64,000 nucleotides of DNA from IMG/VR virus record IMGVR_UViG_3300010429_001617, one strand, 5' to 3'. Made by a program: the position numbers and the translations under genes. The stretch's first letter is position 1; the number at the start of each line of letters is the position of its first letter. This stretch comes from a virus. Taxonomy: Duplodnaviria > Caudoviricetes. Positions 39,392-49,383 of the stretch are shown one piece after another. The notes beneath the pieces are model-generated. The model saw nothing but the letters and a program-made list of their open reading frames with translations. It did not search any database and was not told the origin of the DNA.

Positions 39392-40006
39392 ATGGCCACT
39401 AAGGGAAATTTATTTACTAAAGCAAAACAAGCTGAAAAACCAGCCACTAAGAAAAATGATAAACTCAATGTTGTTATAGAAGATGGTGAATTCGAAAAAA
39501 GCCTTGTTAAAATGGCTGAAATCACTGAACAAATTGATTATCTGACAGCTGAATTGGCTGTTGCTCAGGGTGTTGTTAAGGAATACGGTATGAACACCTT
39601 CAATGATGTTTATGAAAAATCTGGTGGATATCCTGGTTCTTTCATAATGTCAACTCCTTCAAAGGCTTCTGTTATGTTTGTGCCAACTGACAGATATATT
39701 AAATGTGATGAAAATCGTTTTAATGAATTAAAAGAAGCTTATGGTGACGATGTAGTTACTGAAAAAACTGAATTTGTTATCAATGCCAACTTACTAGAAA
39801 AATACGGTGAAATTCTCAGCACTCTTATTGAAAATTGTGATGAAATTCCCGAGGACGATAAAGCCGCTTTATTCCAGGCAAAAACATCGTATTCAGTTAC
39901 TAGTGGAGCCATTGAAAAGGCTTTCACTTGGGGAAAAGGTAAAGTTAAAGATTTTATCAAAGATATTCAGCCAGTCTTCAGTATGAGGGGAGCCAAATCT
40001 AAATAA
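39392..40006 (+). CDS. hypothetical protein, likely strongly expressed early gene
   Basis: TATCTTTG promoter at 39336; biased codons (gct, act, ttc); hairpin downstream. Confidence 0.65.
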   Translation: MATKGNLFTKAKQAEKPATKKNDKLNVVIEDGEFEKSLVKMAEITEQIDYLTAELAVAQGVVKEYGMNTFNDVYEKSGGYPGSFIMSTPSKASVMFVPTDRYIKCDENRFNELKEAYGDDVVTEKTEFVINANLLEKYGEILSTLIENCDEIPEDDKAALFQAKTSYSVTSGAIEKAFTWGKGKVKDFIKDIQPVFSMRGAKSK

Positions 40007-40020
40007 TTGAAAAAAAAAAA

Positions 40021-40054
40021 TGAAATCTTGGAGATAACGATCTCCAAGATTTCA
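40021..40054. terminator. perfect 15-bp-stem hairpin
   Basis: tgaaatcttggagat-aacg-atctccaagatttca, preceded by an A run. Confidence 0.6.
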
Positions 40055-40080
40055 CTATAACAAATTAAATCTATACCACC

Positions 40081-40311
40081 ATGAAAGAAAAAAAGATTAG
40101 AATTTTGGAAAACCGCCCAAAAAAAGTTCAAAAGATCGAAAATCTTAGTGCTAAACAAGCTCAAATTTATTTATCTTTTCTCACGGACGGAAAAGAGAAA
40201 TGGGCATCTGATATTCGTCCTTTCGATGGTATAGAGAAGAAAGACAAAGAAGATAAAATACGATTCAAATTTGAAAAAGAAAATGATGTTTGGTATTTAA
40301 GAATTCATTAA
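40081..40311 (+). CDS. hypothetical protein
   Basis: 76-aa ORF. Confidence 0.55.
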   Translation: MKEKKIRILENRPKKVQKIENLSAKQAQIYLSFLTDGKEKWASDIRPFDGIEKKDKEDKIRFKFEKENDVWYLRIH

Positions 40312-40312
40312 A

Positions 40313-40840
40313 ATGGACGATAATTTCATAAACAAAATAAGAGAGATCGCTGTCAATAAACACGATCACCCTGGTGACTCTCAAAGATATGGGACCGCTC
40401 CTTATTCAGCTCATTTGGATGATGTGGCTTCATACGCGACGAAATATATTTATTTGGTTGATGAAAGTAAGCAGGAAGTTGTACTTGGCGCCGCATATAC
40501 TCACGATCTAATTGAAGACACTGATATGGATATCAACACGTTGAGAAGATTAACAAATGATGATATAGCGGAATTAGTTTTTTTGGTTTCAAATGAAAGA
40601 GGAAGAGATAGAAAAGAGCGCAACTTCAAAACATATCCTAAAATTTGGAACAATCGTTTAGCTATCTTTTTAAAACTTTGTGATAGACTAGCTAACACCA
40701 GAAATTCTAGAAACACAGGACACCGTATGTTTGAAGTTTACAAGAAAGAATATCCAGTTTTCCGTTACGCTTTAAAACAAGACTCAGGTGATCCTTATCA
40801 AGATATGTGGAATGAATTAGATGAATTAAACGCAATATGA
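40313..40840 (+). CDS. RelA/SpoT-type HD hydrolase (Mesh1/small alarmone hydrolase-like)
   Basis: QRYG..PY..H, HDLIEDT, LKLCDRLAN. Confidence 0.8.
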   Translation: MDDNFINKIREIAVNKHDHPGDSQRYGTAPYSAHLDDVASYATKYIYLVDESKQEVVLGAAYTHDLIEDTDMDINTLRRLTNDDIAELVFLVSNERGRDRKERNFKTYPKIWNNRLAIFLKLCDRLANTRNSRNTGHRMFEVYKKEYPVFRYALKQDSGDPYQDMWNELDELNAI

Positions 40841-41451
40841 AATATATTTATCCTCCAAGACCAGAAAATAAAATTCCAAGAGCAAATTTGAATAAATTTG
40901 ATAATGGAGAATTCATGGCTGAGCCGAAATTCAACGGTTCTTGTTGCGAGATATATGTTGACGAACCAATTTCTGTAATGAACAGACACAACGAATCACT
41001 TAGTAATTTCAAAATAAAAGACGATGAAATAATGGATATTTTGAATATTGGTGAAGGAAAAAATGTTTTCTGTGGCGAGTATATGAATAAGTCAAAAAAA
41101 GATAAAAATGGAAATATATTTAATCACAAGTTTGTTATCTTTGATATCATTGTTCTGAATGATGTTCATTTGTTGGGAACTACTTTCATTGAAAGATATG
41201 AAATGTTGAAGAAGATGTTCAATTTTATTGATGAGGATGAATTTACTTATAAAATAACAGATAATTTGTTTTTAACGAAAATGTATGAAGATAACTTTTG
41301 TGAATTGTGGGATGAATTTATAAAAACAGATATGATAGAAGGATTTGTATTGAAAAGGAAAAATGCTAAACTTGAGCCTGGTGTGCGCGAAAAAAACAAC
41401 ACGCTATCTCAAATTAAATGCCGAAAAGAAACGAAAAATTATAGTTATTAA
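40837..41451 (+). CDS. ATP-dependent ligase-type nucleotidyltransferase (catalytic domain only)
   Basis: EPKFNGS, CGEY, FVIFDI, EGFVLK, QIKCRK; no OB domain. Confidence 0.7.
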   Translation: MKYIYPPRPENKIPRANLNKFDNGEFMAEPKFNGSCCEIYVDEPISVMNRHNESLSNFKIKDDEIMDILNIGEGKNVFCGEYMNKSKKDKNGNIFNHKFVIFDIIVLNDVHLLGTTFIERYEMLKKMFNFIDEDEFTYKITDNLFLTKMYEDNFCELWDEFIKTDMIEGFVLKRKNAKLEPGVREKNNTLSQIKCRKETKNYSY

Positions 41452-41479
41452 AAAATATTGTTTGTGTGTTTTAATTGTG

Positions 41480-41514
41480 AAAAAAAGGGAATCATATGGT
41501 TCCCTTTTTTTTTT
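41480..41514. terminator. bidirectional terminator between convergent genes
   Basis: aaaaaaggga...tccctttttt. Confidence 0.65.
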
Positions 41515-41827
41515 ATTTCAATTGGTCTGGTGATGTGATTCCTTCGACTGTTGTTTGTTCACTGAACAAATCAGCTGGTGGCTCATCAACAATTTCAACA
41601 TCATCGAATGAGATGTCATCCAGACCACTCAAATCTATGCCAACATCGGAAGCATCAACAACGTTTTCAACTTTACCCTCAGCTTGCATTTTTTCTAATT
41701 GCTCTTTTTGCAGAGCCTCAAAAAATTCTTTTCGTCTTTTTTCGACTAATTTCTTATCTTCTTCTAATCTGACTTTGAAAGAATGAAGACGTTTCTTGTG
41801 ATCTTTTCTGTGTTTTGATTTTGGCAT
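41513..41827 (-). CDS. hypothetical protein (basic N-terminus, acidic C-terminus)
   Basis: MPKSKHRKDHKKR...DDISFDDVEIVDE. Confidence 0.6.
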   Translation of the reverse strand: MPKSKHRKDHKKRLHSFKVRLEEDKKLVEKRRKEFFEALQKEQLEKMQAEGKVENVVDASDVGIDLSGLDDISFDDVEIVDEPPADLFSEQTTVEGITSPDQLK

Positions 41828-41860
41828 ATTATTAAATGTTTTTTATTTATACTTAAATTT

Positions 41861-42403
41861 TCATAATTTGTTTTTATTTTTTATCATTTCTCTCATTTCT
41901 TCAACAAATTTAACAGCTTCTAATTCCAAATCTATTTTATTTCCATTATTTTGAACGATTTTATCATAATTATAATCATTCACATTTTTGTCGGAATCGT
42001 TATCTGGCACCTTTCTATCATCTCTTTTTATCAATAAAGTAAAACACTCGTCTCCATACTTATCTTTAAACTTTTGTATTTCTTTTGGCTCGCGACAGTG
42101 AATGAAATATATTATGGATTGTTTATTTTTTTTATTTAGTTTATTATAATGAGCTTCTATTTGTTTTACCATATCTTCAAAGGGTCCATTATTAAACTCA
42201 GCCCAAACTCTTTTTATTTCTGATAGAAATTTTCTAGCTGGTTCTGTTTTCTTTCCATTCCAACCAAAATCTTTTAGTGCTATCTTTTTTACTTTATCTA
42301 TTGTTGACAAATTCAAAGCTTTTTTGTCATAATGTTTTATGAAAAAATTGGCAAAATTGTCTTTACCGGTCTTACCTGAGCCGTTGATCATAATTATCAT
42401 CAT
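41861..42403 (-). CDS. P-loop nucleotide kinase (dNMP kinase-like)
   Basis: INGSGKTGKD Walker A; HCREPKEI. Confidence 0.7.
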   Translation of the reverse strand: MMIIMINGSGKTGKDNFANFFIKHYDKKALNLSTIDKVKKIALKDFGWNGKKTEPARKFLSEIKRVWAEFNNGPFEDMVKQIEAHYNKLNKKNKQSIIYFIHCREPKEIQKFKDKYGDECFTLLIKRDDRKVPDNDSDKNVNDYNYDKIVQNNGNKIDLELEAVKFVEEMREMIKNKNKL

Positions 42404-42489
42404 ATCAATTACATATGTTATTTTTTTAAATTAAAAAATTTATTGTCATATATAAATTAAAAATCTTTGTGAGTTTTAAAAATTTTAGC

Positions 42490-42521
42490 AAAAAAAAAGA
42501 GGTCTAAAAAGACCTCTTTTT
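42490..42521 (-). terminator. rho-independent terminator
   Basis: aaaaagaggtc-taaaaa-gacctcttttt. Confidence 0.7.
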
Positions 42522-42522
42522 G

Positions 42523-43749
42523 TTATTTGTTTCCACCTTTCGGCATATCCATATTTAATCCAAGTTGTTTAGCCGATTGCATTGTCATTAGATTCATAAA
42601 ATCGTTTACTCCGTTGGTATTATTTTGATATCCACCGCCAGTTACCCAATAAGGTGTAATATTTCCAGTATATTTTTCAAAAGCTTGTGCCCAAGCTTTT
42701 TGGGAATCTACCCAAGCCGTTAGTTTCAAAGAAAGAGCCCCGTCAGCTTCCATAATCAACCTACGTTTTTCAGCTTCACCCTGACCATCAAGTATGTTCT
42801 TCAGTTTATTTTGCTCGGCAGCTTGACGCTCGAGTGTGGCGACTTCGAGTTTCTGTTGAGCTTCTGTGACAAATTTAGCTTTTATAACCTCTTGCTTCCA
42901 TTTAGCTTCAGCGGCATCGGCCTCTCCGTTTTTAGCCACTGTGATTGCTCTCTGCTCAGCTTTTTTAGCATCAGCTATAGAAGTCTGAACATCCATAGCG
43001 ATCTGTTGCTGTTGGGATATTTGATATTCTACAGCAGAATCATATGGTAACTGATTGATAGCGAAGTTGAATGTTCGTATACCAAACTCTTTCATACTAG
43101 ACTCTTCTTGTCGCTTTGGTAAATTTATAGTGGTGTCCATAACTATATCGACAACTGTTACAGTTTTTTCAACACCTGTCATTTGATCGATAGCTTTAGC
43201 TTCTTTAGATATTGTTCTATATACGCCATTTTGTATTTGATCTTCAACGTAGCTAATGAGATAGTTTCTTTTCTCAGCATATGACTCCTTTGAAGACATA
43301 AGTGGTCCAGTCATATAAATAGATTTATCAACAACTGTTTTTACTAAAGCATTTTCCAAAGATTGCTGACTACCGAACTTAGTATGAATTTTTGTCATAT
43401 GCTCGATATCTAGTGGTAGTTCATATTGAACCGATCCGTGCATTGTTCCGTGACCACCATCATTGAAACGTACAGGATTTTCAAATTGATATATAGAACG
43501 TTTCTCATATTTTGTCACTTTGCCAAAATTTTGAGGCTTTAGACCAGCTGAAAAATAAAAGTGTAAATCACCATCCAACGGATCCTGTACACAACAAATT
43601 TGATCAGCATTAACATTAACCATAGTTCTTGGTATCACAATAGCGATTATCAAAAACGCAATAAAAACCAATCCACCCTTGATCAGTTTACTTTTTAATG
43701 ATCCTCGTGTTTCTGATGAAACAGAGCTTCTTAGATTTTCGTAATTCAT
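42523..43749 (-). CDS. SPFH/Band-7 domain membrane protein
   Basis: N-terminal TM helix, VRFNDGG, long Ala/Glu coil ending GQGEAEKRRL. Confidence 0.8.
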   Translation of the reverse strand: MNYENLRSSVSSETRGSLKSKLIKGGLVFIAFLIIAIVIPRTMVNVNADQICCVQDPLDGDLHFYFSAGLKPQNFGKVTKYEKRSIYQFENPVRFNDGGHGTMHGSVQYELPLDIEHMTKIHTKFGSQQSLENALVKTVVDKSIYMTGPLMSSKESYAEKRNYLISYVEDQIQNGVYRTISKEAKAIDQMTGVEKTVTVVDIVMDTTINLPKRQEESSMKEFGIRTFNFAINQLPYDSAVEYQISQQQQIAMDVQTSIADAKKAEQRAITVAKNGEADAAEAKWKQEVIKAKFVTEAQQKLEVATLERQAAEQNKLKNILDGQGEAEKRRLIMEADGALSLKLTAWVDSQKAWAQAFEKYTGNITPYWVTGGGYQNNTNGVNDFMNLMTMQSAKQLGLNMDMPKGGNK

Positions 43750-43784
43750 TTTTTCTCCTTTTTTTTTAAATTGTTATTATTTGT

Positions 43785-44066
43785 TTATAATTTTTCATTT
43801 CTTATTGAAATTTCATTAACCATTTTTTTAATATTACCCATCAATCTATTATTTTCAGCTTTCAATTTTTTATTATTCTCTTTTAAAAGTTTTACCCTTT
43901 CATCCAAACTTATCGAAGCTGAACTTTTAGAAAAATGATCTAATTTATTCTCTAATAATTTTACTTTTTCTTTAAGATCATTATTTTCAATGATTAATTC
44001 ATTTGAAAACTTTTTCAATTCTTTCATACCATGTTCTAAAATAAGAACCTTTTGAAAATCTTCCAT
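43785..44066 (-). CDS. hypothetical coiled-coil protein
   Basis: Start taken at MEDFQK to avoid overlap. Confidence 0.5.
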   Translation of the reverse strand: MEDFQKVLILEHGMKELKKFSNELIIENNDLKEKVKLLENKLDHFSKSSASISLDERVKLLKENNKKLKAENNRLMGNIKKMVNEISIRNEKL

Positions 44067-44067
44067 A

Positions 44068-44271
44068 TTAATTTTCTTTATTCTCATTCTCTTCATCTTC
44101 GAAAACTGGTAAATCATCTATCGGATCCTTTTTCTTGGAAAATATACTTTTTGTCAACCAAAAAATCTTTTTACTTTTCGTGAAAAATGGATATACCATA
44201 TCGAAGAAAATGTAATAGAGAATGGCTATAGAAGCCAAAAGAATTATTATTTCTATAAATTCGAGTACCAT
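44068..44271 (-). CDS. small membrane protein
   Basis: Single N-terminal TM helix, upstream of SPFH gene. Confidence 0.6.
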   Translation of the reverse strand: MVLEFIEIIILLASIAILYYIFFDMVYPFFTKSKKIFWLTKSIFSKKKDPIDDLPVFEDEENENKEN

Positions 44272-44289
44272 TGTATCATTCTCCTATTA

Positions 44290-44547
44290 TTAAAGTTTGA
44301 AAAAATTTGATTTCGGTACAAGATTGAGCACGCACTCGACCGACTCTCTGTCGGCTGGGCACGAGTTATAGTGGCAATTTTTGATTTGAACCTCAAGTTT
44401 TTGAAGTTTATCAAAATCTCCATCGACCAGCTGAAAAAGAAATTGCGTTTGCTGTCTACTTCTGTTTGTTTTGTCAGTTAGCCAATCTAACCTTTCTTTA
44501 TCCAATTCATATGAATAAGTACTTTTTTGGCAATATTTTGGTTCCAT
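44290..44547 (-). CDS. hypothetical protein
   Basis: 85-aa ORF. Confidence 0.6.
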   Translation of the reverse strand: MEPKYCQKSTYSYELDKERLDWLTDKTNRSRQQTQFLFQLVDGDFDKLQKLEVQIKNCHYNSCPADRESVECVLNLVPKSNFFKL

Positions 44548-44570
44548 TTATTTAATTTATTTAAAATGTG

Positions 44571-44653
44571 TAGTCCAGAGCGGATTCGAACCACTGTCGC
44601 TACAGATGTAGTGTCCTCATCTTCAGAAGAAGCGTCCACTAGACGACTGGACC
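44571..44653 (-). ncRNA. tRNA-like RNA lacking a canonical anticodon loop
   Basis: Acceptor GGTCCAG/CTGGACT; T-arm AGTGG-TTCGAAT-CCGCT; enlarged D-loop; anticodon arm CTAC-ATCT-GTAG. Confidence 0.7.
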
Positions 44654-44778
44654 GTTTTTATAATATTATTTCTACTAAAAATTTATATAATATTATTTCT
44701 AAAAATCTTTGACAAAGATAAAATGATTTTATGGATAAAAAAAAATAAACTATAAAAATTTTAATATATAAATTTATT

Positions 44779-45060
44779 ATGGCAACAATCAAACAATGTT
44801 TAGAAAAACTTACTGAAAAAAATATAGATATGTCTATAAATAAGCATTTGAAGTTTCTACTAGAAAATGTGAATGAAGAGCAACTTGTGTATAAATTATC
44901 TCAACCATCTGGTATAAAAATTGACAATAATATGTTACAATTGTGGTATTATCCTGGTATTGGATTTAGATGTAATAATATGTTTACAGAAAAGTATGGT
45001 AGATTGCCAATGTGTAATTTCATAGAAAGATTTCTCAACGAGCAATTAATATCATTGTAA
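44779..45060 (+). CDS. hypothetical protein
   Basis: 93 aa; TAATATATA at 44762. Confidence 0.55.
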   Translation: MATIKQCLEKLTEKNIDMSINKHLKFLLENVNEEQLVYKLSQPSGIKIDNNMLQLWYYPGIGFRCNNMFTEKYGRLPMCNFIERFLNEQLISL

Positions 45061-45063
45061 TTT

Positions 45064-45309
45064 TTATTTATGATAATTGCTAATAAATAAATCAAATAAT
45101 TCTGAAGTTGATAGCGCTGGGGAACCATCAAAAAGCTGTCTATTGTATGTTTGCCACGCGTCATATCTTATATTTTTTTGCCATCTATTATCTCCTAACC
45201 ATTTAGCGAAGTCAATAGATATCGATTTAGTTTTATCGTCAATCTCGGATAAATTTGAATCTGATTGTTCGTTAAATCTTTTAAGTCTTTTGTTTGTCAT
45301 AACGCTCAT
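45064..45309 (-). CDS. small protein with leader ...RLKRFNE|Q
   Basis: Late promoter at 45321; leader-like N-terminus. Confidence 0.55.
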   Translation of the reverse strand: MSVMTNKRLKRFNEQSDSNLSEIDDKTKSISIDFAKWLGDNRWQKNIRYDAWQTYNRQLFDGSPALSTSELFDLFISNYHK

Positions 45310-45352
45310 CTTTTTTATTTTATATATTAAAAAATAAATTAAATTTTTTTGA

Positions 45353-45799
45353 TTATTCTAAATCTGTAAGTTGATATAAAAGAACTTTATTTTTTATGGC
45401 GTATCCCATATTATCTATGTCTTTCATACTTTCTCTTAGAAATTCTATGTGAACATCAAATATATCTTTTTTATGCTCATAATTCGCTAAGTCCCATTCA
45501 ATTAATTTCATTTTTTCTGATCCGTTGGTGGCTATTGGATATTTTGTATGATAAAACTCAAATCTCTGTTTTTTTAAAGCCTTTATTTTAGGCATATATT
45601 TATACAATTCATATGACACAGATTTAATCTCTTCAACAAGTTCTTGACGAGAGCTAATCACTTCAGCCTGTAATGGTGTGACATCTTTTGCGCTACAATT
45701 TAATTTTTTTGACAACTCGTTTATTGTTGAGTTCCAATATTTCTCTCTATCCTCGAGTATTTTTGGCAAATCTTTTACATCTAATTCTTCGTAATTCAT
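45353..45799 (-). CDS. UvsY-like recombination mediator
   Basis: 148 aa helical; KKQRFEFY...LIEWD...IDNMGYAIKN resembles the UvsY C-terminus. Confidence 0.55.
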   Translation of the reverse strand: MNYEELDVKDLPKILEDREKYWNSTINELSKKLNCSAKDVTPLQAEVISSRQELVEEIKSVSYELYKYMPKIKALKKQRFEFYHTKYPIATNGSEKMKLIEWDLANYEHKKDIFDVHIEFLRESMKDIDNMGYAIKNKVLLYQLTDLE

Positions 45800-45852
45800 A
45801 ATAAAAATGATTTTTTATTTATATTAAAAAAACAATCAACTGTTTAAATTTT

Positions 45853-46215
45853 TCAACTATCCTCCCCGAAAGGATCTTCATCTGAGATCACTCTTTTTGT
45901 TATTTTTATTATATCATCGTACTCGCCAGGTGAAACAGATCTTCCATTTTCGAGTATAAATTGAAATGAATAACTATACATATTATTATCCATAGTCACA
46001 ATTATCGAGATTTCATCGACGATGCCATCAGAAGTTAAAATTTTAACTCGTCTATGATAATAACTTTGATATAAATAAAGAATAGTTCTTTTTATATCTA
46101 TTGTGTTCACATTGAAACCCAATTTATCTAAAATCTCATGAAGATTTGTTTTCTCTTCAACATAAGAGACATTTTCATCTTCTTGTTTTTTAAAGAAATT
46201 GAATTTTGTTTTCAT
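45853..46215 (-). CDS. small protein with MKTKFN leader and C-terminal EDPFGEDS tag
   Basis: Both motifs; late promoter at 46223. Confidence 0.6.
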   Translation of the reverse strand: MKTKFNFFKKQEDENVSYVEEKTNLHEILDKLGFNVNTIDIKRTILYLYQSYYHRRVKILTSDGIVDEISIIVTMDNNMYSYSFQFILENGRSVSPGEYDDIIKITKRVISDEDPFGEDS

Positions 46216-46258
46216 AATTATCTATATATTAAAAAACAAAATTATAAAAAATATTTAT

Positions 46259-47458
46259 ATGATCATAATGAAAACAATAGAGGATTTCAATTTTTCAATA
46301 ACAATGGATTATTATTCTGACACGATTTTTGTCAGGAGTTTATCTGATATTTATAAAGATGTCTATGTCAATATATTAGATGAAAATAATAATTCAATTT
46401 ATGGATCAAGTTGTTCTTTTGGAAAAAAAGATACAAAATATTGGTTCAAGTTGTCTGTGCCAATATCAAATTTTTCTTATATCAAAGTGGCTTTAACAAG
46501 TGGATTCAATATCATATCAGAAGAAAAATTTGGAATTAAGAATAAATATGGAGCCATAATAAAACCGATTATTGTTCATATCTGTCAAGAACTCGGAGTT
46601 GGTGATGTAATATCAGTTACTCCGCTGATAAGAAAATTATATAAAGCTTATGAAAGAAAGATAGATCTATATTGTTTTGATCATCATATGGAGTTTTTCA
46701 AAAATAATATTTATATCAATAGTGTAAAAAGCCAAAACGAGTCTTATGATTCAGAAAAAAATGAAGTGTTCAGAGTTTTTGATAATATACCAAATGCTTA
46801 TTATTACTCTGATATGAAACAACTTGCCGCTAGATCCGCTAATATGACATTAAAGGAAGATGAACTATCTTATGATTATCAGCCAGAAAAATTTGATGAA
46901 ATCGTTGAACTTCCAAAAGAATATATTTGTTTGAATCCAAGAATTATTGGACCAGATAGGAGCCTAGAACTGCGAGAGTGGCAATATATTGTTGATTGTC
47001 TGAATGATAATAAAATACCGGTCGTCACAATAGGTAAAGAAAAGGGAACATACTATGATTTAAACATAAGACTTGGCGTAAATCTTGCCGGCGATGAAAG
47101 ACAAAAAAATCTATCACAAACTTGGCATATTATAAACAGCAGTAAAATATTTGTTGGATTTGACACGGGTATGTATATTTTTGCTGGAACAACTGACACT
47201 CATATATTATTACTGGGGTGGTATGGAGATCCATATTATCATCAAGCTGTGAGAAATGGTAGTAGAGATTATAAATTCACTCATTTAAGAGGAGCCTGTG
47301 ATGAATATTGTTTGACGGATCCAAAATTTGATGTCGATGAATGGGCAACTATAACAATAAGACATCCTGTATGGACTTGTCCGCTGAATAAAAATTTCTC
47401 TTGTAAACCAACGCCAGATATGATAGTTAATGAGATTAAAAAAATATATTATCAATAA
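46259..47458 (+). CDS. GT9-like glycosyltransferase
   Basis: LGVGDVISVTPLIRKL, LSQTWHII..S..FVGFDTG. Confidence 0.75.
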   Translation: MIIMKTIEDFNFSITMDYYSDTIFVRSLSDIYKDVYVNILDENNNSIYGSSCSFGKKDTKYWFKLSVPISNFSYIKVALTSGFNIISEEKFGIKNKYGAIIKPIIVHICQELGVGDVISVTPLIRKLYKAYERKIDLYCFDHHMEFFKNNIYINSVKSQNESYDSEKNEVFRVFDNIPNAYYYSDMKQLAARSANMTLKEDELSYDYQPEKFDEIVELPKEYICLNPRIIGPDRSLELREWQYIVDCLNDNKIPVVTIGKEKGTYYDLNIRLGVNLAGDERQKNLSQTWHIINSSKIFVGFDTGMYIFAGTTDTHILLLGWYGDPYYHQAVRNGSRDYKFTHLRGACDEYCLTDPKFDVDEWATITIRHPVWTCPLNKNFSCKPTPDMIVNEIKKIYYQ

Positions 47459-47459
47459 A

Positions 47460-49307
47460 TTATTTTGTCTTTATCTGGGTAACGCCTGTCCAAATAATAT
47501 TTATTGTTGAAAGCCCGTTTGTTATAGGAGCGTCATTATAATAAATGCCGTTTCTATCGTACCATCCGCCTCTCAAAATAGCCAGCTCATTTCTTTCAAC
47601 AATGATGTCACCAAGAACGGGATCTAGTCCTATAGTTTTATTTGAATCATATCTATCTGGATTCACTATAGTTGGCTCTAATAAATTTGTATCATTTGTG
47701 TTGTAGGTGTTTGTGTTTTTCTTACTATTTATATAATCAGCATGATAATCTTCGTTTTTCTTGCTGATGAAATCTAAATTAACGCTATCCACCCCTTCTA
47801 CTTGATCTTTGATCGTTGTTATAATATCAGCTTTTATAATTCTATCATATCTTGTGTTATTAACAAAATAATTAGAAACGATAGATATTATTCTATTTCT
47901 AATGTTATCTTCATAAGAATCACTAAATCTTCTAACATAAATATTCATCACATATCGACTTATTATAGGATCAATTATCTTTACGTTTGTTGTTATGGAT
48001 AAATTGCCCAGCATTCTAAGATAATCTATGACCTTTTGTTTTTCTTCAGTATCAAGATAAAAAGCGTCAAATGGTATGTTGAAATAGTTGTAATCACTTA
48101 CAAAATAATTTCTAACATCTGGAATCAAATATAAATATATAACATTATCATATATGTTTGGAAAATATTCTTTCATCTTTGTAACAACTTTGTCTTTATC
48201 ATATTTTATATCTTTCCCAAGGGCATCGTCTAGAAATTTTTCTATATAGGAGTTGTTATTTAAGTTATTCTCATCCAATACGTTATAAGCGTTTATTAAA
48301 GAGAACATATTCAATTTACTCAATTGATATATGAATTGATCTGGTGTAGAAAGAACAAAATTTCTCGACACGTGTGGTATAGCATTTTTTGTGAAAACTT
48401 TCGACTCTTTATTGGCTCCAAAATTGATATCGCTTGATATATAAATGTCAAAAAGTTGATCCATTGATAATATATTATCATCGTCATCATAGACCGAATC
48501 GATAAAAGTAAAGTCATTTGCTTTGTTATTTAAAATGTTTCCGTTTTTACCATCTGATAATAAATATCTTACTTCTATGAGCGAGCCTATCTGTGGAATA
48601 AACCCATAATCTCCAGTTCCGAATAGAATATCTAGTCCTCCATTGAATCCAGTTCTAGAATAGCAAGCGTATTCGCCTGGCAACATGTCATAGAGACCAA
48701 CCTTATTAGATAAGGCTCTTCCATTATAAAAGACCGTATAATTAAAGTTTTCTATATTATTGATACCCACAACATTAACATTATAAGTTTGATTCTTTTC
48801 ACTGGTTCCGGTAAATTTTGTTGTTTCATATTTACCTTGAATAATGTTCAATCTTATTTCAACATTAGAAGTTATTTCATAAACAACATAGTCCGCGTTT
48901 AAAATTATGTTATAATATAAATTATTTGTTTTATTTTTCAACGATGTCCTATTCCACAGTTTTATTTTACTACCGCTTATTTGACTACTGATATCCACTC
49001 CAACTTTTAATTTTAAAGTAATTGCCCCAGTGGCTGAGATGTTTCTCGTTGGGTTATGACCACTTATTCTGGCTAGATTTGTTATTATTCTATCATCAAC
49101 AGCCGTGTCTATAGAATATTGAAGAACAGAGTTTTTATTATAGATTAAATTTTGAAGAAACAATTCTTTGTCTATTTTTAAAATTTGACCATATGGTGAA
49201 GCGTCACTAAAAACCATGTCTGAATCAGAAAATGTTTGTTGTAACCAGTTTTTGAGTTGATCGCTCAATCTATCGTATTGCACTTCTATATAATCAAATG
49301 TGGCCAT
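47460..49307 (-). CDS. gp6-like baseplate wedge protein
   Basis: LARISGHNPTR.ISATG, ILFGTGDYGFIP, VRYLLSDG..GN; start moved to MATFDY. Confidence 0.75.
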   Translation of the reverse strand: MATFDYIEVQYDRLSDQLKNWLQQTFSDSDMVFSDASPYGQILKIDKELFLQNLIYNKNSVLQYSIDTAVDDRIITNLARISGHNPTRNISATGAITLKLKVGVDISSQISGSKIKLWNRTSLKNKTNNLYYNIILNADYVVYEITSNVEIRLNIIQGKYETTKFTGTSEKNQTYNVNVVGINNIENFNYTVFYNGRALSNKVGLYDMLPGEYACYSRTGFNGGLDILFGTGDYGFIPQIGSLIEVRYLLSDGKNGNILNNKANDFTFIDSVYDDDDNILSMDQLFDIYISSDINFGANKESKVFTKNAIPHVSRNFVLSTPDQFIYQLSKLNMFSLINAYNVLDENNLNNNSYIEKFLDDALGKDIKYDKDKVVTKMKEYFPNIYDNVIYLYLIPDVRNYFVSDYNYFNIPFDAFYLDTEEKQKVIDYLRMLGNLSITTNVKIIDPIISRYVMNIYVRRFSDSYEDNIRNRIISIVSNYFVNNTRYDRIIKADIITTIKDQVEGVDSVNLDFISKKNEDYHADYINSKKNTNTYNTNDTNLLEPTIVNPDRYDSNKTIGLDPVLGDIIVERNELAILRGGWYDRNGIYYNDAPITNGLSTINIIWTGVTQIKTK

Positions 49308-49383
49308 TTTATAAAATCTTATTTTTATTGTATATATAAAAAAAGCGTCATTAAAAAAAAATATTTTTTTAATATATAGGAAC

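Noticed and set aside
44527-44712. 61-aa plus-strand ORF
   Set aside because: Antisense to the tRNA-like RNA and its promoter; no protein features
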